Source of the DNA: an uncultured Candidatus Saccharibacteria bacterium
Lineage (GTDB): Bacteria > Patescibacteriota > Dojkabacteria > CAZCSM01
NCBI GenBank assembly: GCA_964501355.1
Contig: CAZCSM010000007.1
Location: 1,096 to 65,095, forward strand
Length of the DNA: 64,000 nt
Direction: 5' to 3'
Part shown: one piece after another, positions 21,385 through 30,300 of the stretch
How positions within the stretch are numbered: the stretch's first letter is position 1
Layout: the number at the start of each line of letters is the position of its first letter
Notes under the pieces: generated by a model
Databases searched by the model: none
The model's input: the letters and a program-made list of their open reading frames with translations, nothing else
What the model was told of the DNA's origin: nothing
Program-made: the position numbers and the translations under genes

Positions 21385-24300
21385 TTACATTCCAAATGGA
21401 GTATCCATATTTTCCAGTTCCTCAGGAAGATCAGTTACCTTGCTCACTCCAATATTTTTCTTTAAAATCTTCTCTTTCTTTTCCACTGTAAATTTCAACT
21501 CTTCTTCCTGTTTGTAATATGGAGATTCTACAAATACTGCATATTCTCCCTCTTCCGCCAAGAATCCATATCTACCCTTATCATCCGTTATTTGCGAGTT
21601 AATCAATTTGTTATCACTCAAATCAAATAGTCTTACAAATACTCCTTCTACTTTATCTCCCATTGGTAACTCAAATACATGTCCCCAGTTCTTTGACAGT
21701 ACATTCGTAATGTATGCAACGATTAGTAATATCAAAATATTAAGTCCTAGAAGAACGAAGTTCCAAATAGTCGGTGCAAAGATTATTCCTAATATCATAA
21801 GTACACCTCCTACTACATTAATCCATAAACCAATCTTGTTCATAAATACCTTAAACTTATCTTTAAAGTTATGATATTTATCATCTTTATCTGCTATTGC
21901 TTTGGGAAGAAGAGGTATGTCATAAGCTACTGCGAAATCATCTCTTACTTCTATCTCTCCTCCTAAATATTTGCCTGTTAAATCGTAACCTTTCATTACA
22001 TCTTCGCTTGCCTGTGGTAATACAAAGTCTGCATGTTCAACACCGATTGTATATTTACCTTCTGGTGCTAAGAATCTATACCTTCCTTCAAGATCTGTAA
22101 CAACTTCTTCTACCATTTCATTAGTTTCTGCTTTGTACAACCTAACAATTGCAAATGGTATTGGTGCTTTTTTATCTATATCAAACACTATTCCCCACCC
22201 TTGCTTCTTCCTCTCTTTATCAAATATAGCTCCCCATAACTGTGGTAGTTTTGGAAAGCCCCCCACTTTCGATAGAAAACCTAAACCCTGAAGCAAAAGC
22301 CCAGAAGTTGTTAAAGCAGGTATCAAAACTCTAGCAATAAAGTCTAACCAATCAAATGACTCCTCATCGCCAGTCTCTGGTAATTCCAAGAGATTGGTAT
22401 ATAGATAATCACGAGTCTTCGCTTGCATTTCATCTTTCCTACAGATAATTCTGTAATGTATCTCAGAATCATCTAGATTGGAGATATCTAATGGTTGCAG
22501 ATACTCAGCTTTGACTTTTGGTTTTATGTTTTCAACTAATTCTCCATATGCAACCGTTTCGCCATAATCCACCAGACATATCATATCCGTACAGCTCGTC
22601 TTCCAACTTACATCTAAATATTTTTCTGAAGATCTTTCATGCAACACGTCTGATATGGCACAAACCATAGGAATTTCGGCCAAGGTTCTAAACATTTGAT
22701 CTGCAGACCTCGTTCTGTAACCATCCTGGTCAGATGCAATAATTTGGAAATGATATGCCGTATCGGAAATTAAATTCTCAAGTAAATAGGAGTGCGTTTC
22801 TTTATAATCACTTGAAGTTAATTCAAACCCATAGGCTATAGTTTCACCATAATTAAGTACTATACTTGCAGGCTTCGTTGTACCGAAAGTAACAATTGCT
22901 GAATTGCTCGTTATGTTTGAAACTTTAATGTTTATTATTTGAACAGCATTAGCACTGGATAAAGTTGAAAAATTTGAAGTCTCAACATCTTGCAAATTTC
23001 CGCTAATTGCCGTAACTCGAATGTAGTACTGAGTGTCGATTGATAAATTATTTAAAGTTTGAGTATGGTTCAATGCAACAGATGAAATCACTGCGCTTTG
23101 TCCATAGGATGTTGTTGTCCCATATTCTAAAATAGCACTTGCCGAAATATTAGTTGTCCAAGATACAATTGCCGAATTAGTAGAAACATTAGATATATTT
23201 AGACTTGTTATCATTAAATCATAACCAAGTGTTGTAAAGGTTTGATCTGAAGATGTAACTTCATTTAGCGACGCATCCCTCGCTAAAATTTGAAAATGAT
23301 AAAGAGTTTCGGCAGTTAATCCTGTTAGTGTAACTGAATGAGTTGTCGATAATTCGTTAATATAATCTGTTGCATTTCCATAAGATGATGTTACTCCATA
23401 AGAAACTTGACCAGTTGTGGGCTCATTGGTTTCCCAGCTAATAACTGCTGATGTCTGAGTTATATTTGTAACTTGAATATTTCTAATTCTTGGTACAACC
23501 ATATCCCTTACTTGCAAAATTGCAGAAGCTTCCTGAGGATCACCATTTAATATAACTGTAATAACTTTATTCTCTGCAACAGTAGAAGAAATTCTACCAA
23601 ACGCTTTACCATTTTCATCCGTCGCTTCGATGGGCTGAATTAAGTTATTACCTGTTCCCGTCGCATTCAAAGTCACAAATGTTCCAATTACAGGATTATC
23701 AAATGAATCCAGTAAAGTAACCTCTATTACAGAAGAAGCCACGCCATCATTATTTATAATAGAAGGAATTAAGTTAATTAATGGGATAACATCGTCTGCA
23801 GACTGCAAAACATCTATGTTCTTCGTATCTGTCAAAGAGCTATTTAAGCTATCAATTATTGTAATCGCTCTGTTTCCAACTGTTTTTAATTGAACTCCAT
23901 TTGTGAAATTTTTTGTACCCATATCATCTGCGACAAAGGTGTAATCAGAAGGTAATACAGCAGCAGAGTCGGACGAACTAAAGGTTACATTTCCTCTATA
24001 TGCAGTATCTACACGACCGTAATCATCTTCTGCATGAACTTGTACCGAAAGAAAACCTCCAGCATTTATTGTGTTAACAGAAGGAGTTAAAACCAATTTC
24101 GTCATCTGTGTCACTATAAAATCTGGTGAAGTTTCTGGATTCCCGCCAAAAGAAACCCATTCGCTAAAAACACCAGAATCATCTCTGACTCTTGCTCGCC
24201 AATGATATTGGGTATTATTTACAAGATCTGTAATTGGAGTTCTTATAACAATCGGTGTTCCCGTAAAATTTGTAGCTACTCCAGTATGAGTTGGAGTTCC

Positions 24301-27300
24301 AGTGAAATCGACACCAACAGGACGCACTTCGAATTGTGGTGTTAAAATATCGGGATTATTAGGATCTGTTGCTGTTAATTCTAAAACGACAGAAGATGGT
24401 GCCGTTCCACCAATTGGAATAGGTTCAAAAGATTCAGGAAGTAATTGCTTCAAGAATTCTGGATTATTCGGATAACCAAAGGGGCCTAAAGCAGTTCCCA
24501 TTTGTCCCGACTGGTAACCGGAACCACCTGAACGACTTATTAAACCAAGATTTACATAATCTGAACCATAAAGAATAGATATTCTACCACCACCACCACC
24601 ACCACCATCAAAAATATCATCTCCACCATTACCACCATCAACACTTATACTTCCAGCCGAAGAGAAATTAACAGTTCCCGCCTTTATAAAAACGCTACCG
24701 CCAGCACCACCGCCACCGCCAGGACTAGATATTCGACCATTGGTACCACTCATATCAATTGCACCAAGAATATTTACAGCCCCGCTCAAGGCGAATATAG
24801 AAAATGCCGAACCTCCAGCTCCTCCAGATGCACCAGCACCAGAAGTACCTCCACCACTACCTAATGATAAAGGACGCAAGGCATCACCATAACTCAACCC
24901 TCCAGCTGTTGTCCCGTTTATTCCATCGCTTGCTCCAAGACCACCATTACCACCATATGCACCGCCACCTCCACCACTACCTTGTCCTCCTCCAGCGATT
25001 GCCCCTGTACTTCCAACCCCAGGACCATCATTCGCCGGAAAGCCCAAACCTTTTCCGTCAATAACGGACCCTTCGCCTAAATCAAAACTATCTAAAACAT
25101 TAAAACTAACACCACCACCGGTTCTCTCATTATACGCATTATCATAATCATCCAAATATTGTTGATATTCGGCAAATGGCATCCCGTAAAAAAGAGCACG
25201 CATTTCTGTTTGAGTTAATGCACGATTATAAACAACAATTTCATCGAAAGTTCCCCATGAGTAATTTCTATCCACACGTCCACCGTTACCCAAGAATTGA
25301 ATAGGTGCAGTTACCTGAGACAGAGATGTTCCCACTAGCTCACCATTCACATAGAAATTAGTTTGACCACTATTGGATACTGCTCCGATATGATTCCAAC
25401 CTGTTAATGTGTTTACATTGTATCCAGAACTGTAGAATCCACCATTTAAGATCCCGAGAAGCCCATTACTGTTAACGACAATATGATGAGATGTTAAATC
25501 TGTATTATCTGCTAAAAGTATTCTGTATCCACCATAAGTGCCTGTATTTAACGGGAAGTTGGACCACGCACTTATTGAGTATGTTGAACCAAGATTTAAT
25601 GGTGATATTTCAAGCTTCTGTAACAAGTCTGTTTTTCTTGCTTTTCCATACTTACCATCAACAATTGTAGAGCCAAAAGAATTTGCATGATTTAAATTGA
25701 CACTCGCATCACATGCATCAAATGGATCTAGTTCTTCTACGATACATAGATTATCTTCCGTTTCGTTAAAATGCAAAAGCAGTGTAGTATATGTGTCTGC
25801 AACAATTTCCCTATCGACCTCAGGAAGTTCTGGATATACTAAGCCAGAAGGCAGTTTTGATGTATCACCAAACATTCGCGCTCGAACATTTTGAGAAATA
25901 AATACATTATCGAAATTATATGTTCCTGCAAAGAAATCTGTTCCTTCCGCACCGATAACATTACCGTTATTTAAATACAAATCACCATATTGCTGCTCGG
26001 ACTGTTTGATAAATATCGTTCCCGGACCACCTAAGTATCCGTAAGATTGAACTCGATCATTCCCAAAATCGAATCCATTATTTTCAGAGTAATAAATAGC
26101 TACTCGACCACCTCCACCATCATATTGGGCAGAAGATCCCTCATATCCATTAGCCTTAATCAACCCTGTACCTGATATTGTCCCAGCATTAATTAGGACC
26201 GATCCTCCACTACCTCCTCCCCAATTTAAACATTCTTCTCCTGCACCAGTCCTGACTCCAGCACCACCATTAGCAGATATTATTCCATTTATTAATAAAG
26301 TATCAATAACATCAATGTTTACACCCCCGCCTCCAGCACCACCAATCATATATGTCCATGCAATGCCAGAACAGTCATTTCCTGCACTTCCTAAATCTTT
26401 CGGAGAATATAGATCGCCGTATGTTAATGTTTTAGATTGAGCCTGCCCATGTCCTCCATATGTACCTCCTCCATAATTTGTTGTTCCAGATGGCCAGCCT
26501 GGTCCTTGAGGTTCCCTGTAACGTCCATAGCCATTACCATCCGCAGTAATTATTGAACCTTCGGAAACCTGAAGATTTGCTACACTTAACTCCGCACTAT
26601 AATCATTATCCCAAACATCATCGTCGCTTATATGAGACTCGAAAAATATTATACTGCTTAAGTTCATTGTCAAGTTTCTGAATTCGTATTTATCTTCATA
26701 GCCCCGGGCCCATGTATTGGGAATCAATGTTAACGCGCCAGAATATGTTGATCCCAAAGTTAAATCCTCTACACCCGTGTATTGACCATTCAATATAAGA
26801 TGAATACCGTCAGCAACAAACAAATCATTTCCTGATAATAATGTTCCATCTATTTGGAGAGAAGGTATGGTTGAATCCCCAGAGATTTCAGAACTTGAAT
26901 CTATTTCTAAGATAGAATTTGTACCCAATATAACCAAATCTCCATATCGAGATAAATTCACAGTATTGAATTTGTATTCATCTTCGATAAGCCCCGCTTC
27001 GTAACCACTTACTCCACCGTTATCAATATATAAATCACCATTTTCACTTGCTTCTGTAAAATAACTAACTTGTTCTACATATACCGTTCCAGGACCAGCA
27101 TTATTACCCCTTGCCATTATGTGCTCTCTGTCTACAAGAAATCCATAATTTTGTTCATAATACAAAGCAACCCTACCACCCGATCCTGAATATGCAACGG
27201 TACCACCATTTGCTGAAATAATACCATTTCCTAACGAAATTAAGTCTTTAACTTTAATATGAACACTTCCCCCGCTACCACCTCCCGATGAACTTGTGCC

Positions 27301-30300
27301 ACCATACATATTGTCACCATTTGAAGAAATGACACCATTCAAAGTAAGGGTGTTATCAACCGTCAAGTCTATAGCACCTCCGCCACTACCACCAATAAGA
27401 GAGGTAGAAGCACTAGAACCACAACTTCCTAGATGAGAAGGTCTAAAAACAGAACCATATATCTGACCCCCCTTATAAGGCCAATAACGAGTAGAAATTC
27501 CTCCATCTCGATACGATTCAGAAAAACCCCCATAACTACCTCCCGCCCGAAGATCTGTAAATCCAGGACCACAGTAAGAGGAATTTAATGGAAAGCGTGC
27601 CCCATAACCATATCCCATTCCATTTGCGTGTAAACTACCACCTGAATCAATCGTTAAATCAGAGACGGATAAATGTACTCCAAAATCATTCTCCCAATCC
27701 GTATCCATAGAATTGTAACTTATGCACCGCAATGTTCCTTGTGGTCCTATGTGTAAATTTTCAAAACTGTATGGATTATCCATTCCTCTTGCCCAAGTCT
27801 TTGCGTACAAAGTCATACCAGATGGAGACAGCAAACCAATATCAATATCTGATACACCTGCAATATCTCCATTAATCCCCAAATCAACACTTTCGATACC
27901 CAAAGCACCCTCACCAGTATATGTCAAGGTTCCATCAATTTTAGCAAATGGAACCGTTAAATCCCCCTGAAAGCCATCACCCGAATTTATCGTTAATATA
28001 GATGTTTCACCAAAGAAGATAACATCTCCATATCCTGTAAGATTTACACTTCCGAAACTATAATTCCCTTCAGGTACACCTGCAGATAAGCCCTGCACAG
28101 CATTATTGTCAACAAACAAGTCTCCATTATAACTTGGACTTGACGACAATGAAGACAACTGTTCTATGTATACTGTACCAGGACCTGATTCATTAGTACC
28201 TCTTGCATATATATTTGAAGTGCTTAATGGGAAACCCATATTATTAACATAATAAACTGCTATCCTGCCCCCTGCACCATCTCCATCACTTCCAGTGCCA
28301 GGATTCTTACCGTTTGCCTGAATAATTCCATCACCAACCAGATTCTGAGCTCGTAAAAATATTGAACCACCGGAACCAGCCCTGTCCTCACATCCAATGG
28401 CACTAGTCCTATAATACCCGCCACCATTACTGGTTATTGTTCCTAACAATGTTAATGAGCCGTTAACAGTTATTTCTATAGCACCGCCTCCAGCTCCGCC
28501 GTTACCACCCCTAGCACCGGCACCAGAACAATTAGACCCGCCACTACCAAGTAAGAGTGGTTCGTATATGCTACCGAAGGGATCTATTGTGTTAGATTCT
28601 CCATATCCGCCATATGTAGCACCAGCGTAAGACTTATAGCCAGGCCCCTTTTCGGATGTTCTAACCCGTCCATAACCTAATTCATTTGCATCTATAAAAC
28701 CTCCTGATAGCACTGTAATGTTTTCTGCGACCAACGGAACAACATAGTCATTCGTTTCATCTCTAGAATCGAGAGTGTCTCCAGACTCATAACTTCTAAT
28801 AAACAAGGAACTTCCACCGAACACTTCTATATCACCGAACACATATTGTGAAGTGGTGCCATATGCCCAAGTTCCCGAGAGCAAAGTTACGGCACCTGTA
28901 ACTGAATTACCAATCCGTAAATTAGTTACACCGCTCAAAGACCCCCCTACTATTAGATTTACACCATTCACATTCAAAGTGTCAGGTAGCAAATTTATAA
29001 ATGAACCATCTACTAGTAGCCCGGGAGAAGATGCATCTCCCGATAAAACTGAACTATCAGTTATTGTTAATGATGATGTCGAACCAATAAACCTTACATG
29101 ACCCCCTCTTGATAATTTAATCTTGGAGAAATTATAATCTCCGCTCAATACACCAGCATAGTTTGATTTAAGTAAATACCTGGCCTCGTCAAAAGTATCA
29201 GCTCCCTTGTAATGAACTATATCATTATTATCAACGTACAACTTACCCTGACTTGGATTATCAATCGCACGATCCTCTATATATACAGTACCCGCACCAG
29301 CACTTGAAACTTTGTCATCCCCATAATCTCCTCCATATGACCTTATAAAGTTCTGGACATTAGTGTCCGACATTGATAAACCGATTAGATTGTCGTAATA
29401 TATGGCAATTCTTCCACCGCCACCATCTGCAGTGCCGTAATAAGAACTAGTTCCTGATCCATTCGCAACAATCAAAGCACTGCTACTAAGCTCTAATAAC
29501 TCAGCATCTATATAAACACTTCCCCCAGAACCACGCAGTAAACCATTACTTGTAATCATTCCTGACAAACTCAGAGATCCTGTACCGTAAGTGTCTTTTG
29601 CGATAAGCTTAATCGCCCCACCACCTCTAGAATTGGCCAGTGTGCTTGAAGATCCTAAATCAGAGGGGGAAAATACACTTCCGTATACACCATTTTGGTA
29701 ATACGAACCATATCCGCCATAACTTGCTCCCGTGGTTCCGCGCCCCGCCCCCCTACCCGTACCATACCCCAATCCATTAGCATTAAATGTTGCATTCTCA
29801 TCAACCGTAATTGTTTTAGCTTCAAGTGTAACACCATAATCATCTGTCCAAACATCATTGGCATTATCGTATCCATAAAAATCAACAAAGCTGCCTCCTC
29901 TCACACGAAATGTTTCGAAAATATATTGTCCTCCAGTTCCCCAATTATTAGCGTGCAATCCCAAACGTGCCGTTGCCACAGCTCCAACATCGACATTGCT
30001 CACACCGCTTAGTGAGCCAAACCATTGCAAGTCTACGTTATTAACTGTGAATGTATCTATGCCCAAATAATTAAATGAACCACGCACAAGAATCTTTGTT
30101 GTGCCATCACCGATAATGGTCGAATTATTTGCTATACTTAAACTTGAGCCGCTACCTAAAAATTCCACATGACCATTTCTCTTTGTATCTATAGAAGAGA
30201 AATTGTAGATACCTGCTGTTATTGTAGCGGACTTTTCACAATTATTTCCGCCGACCAAACAAACCCTCGATGCGGCATCGACTATTAATTTTCCTTGTCC

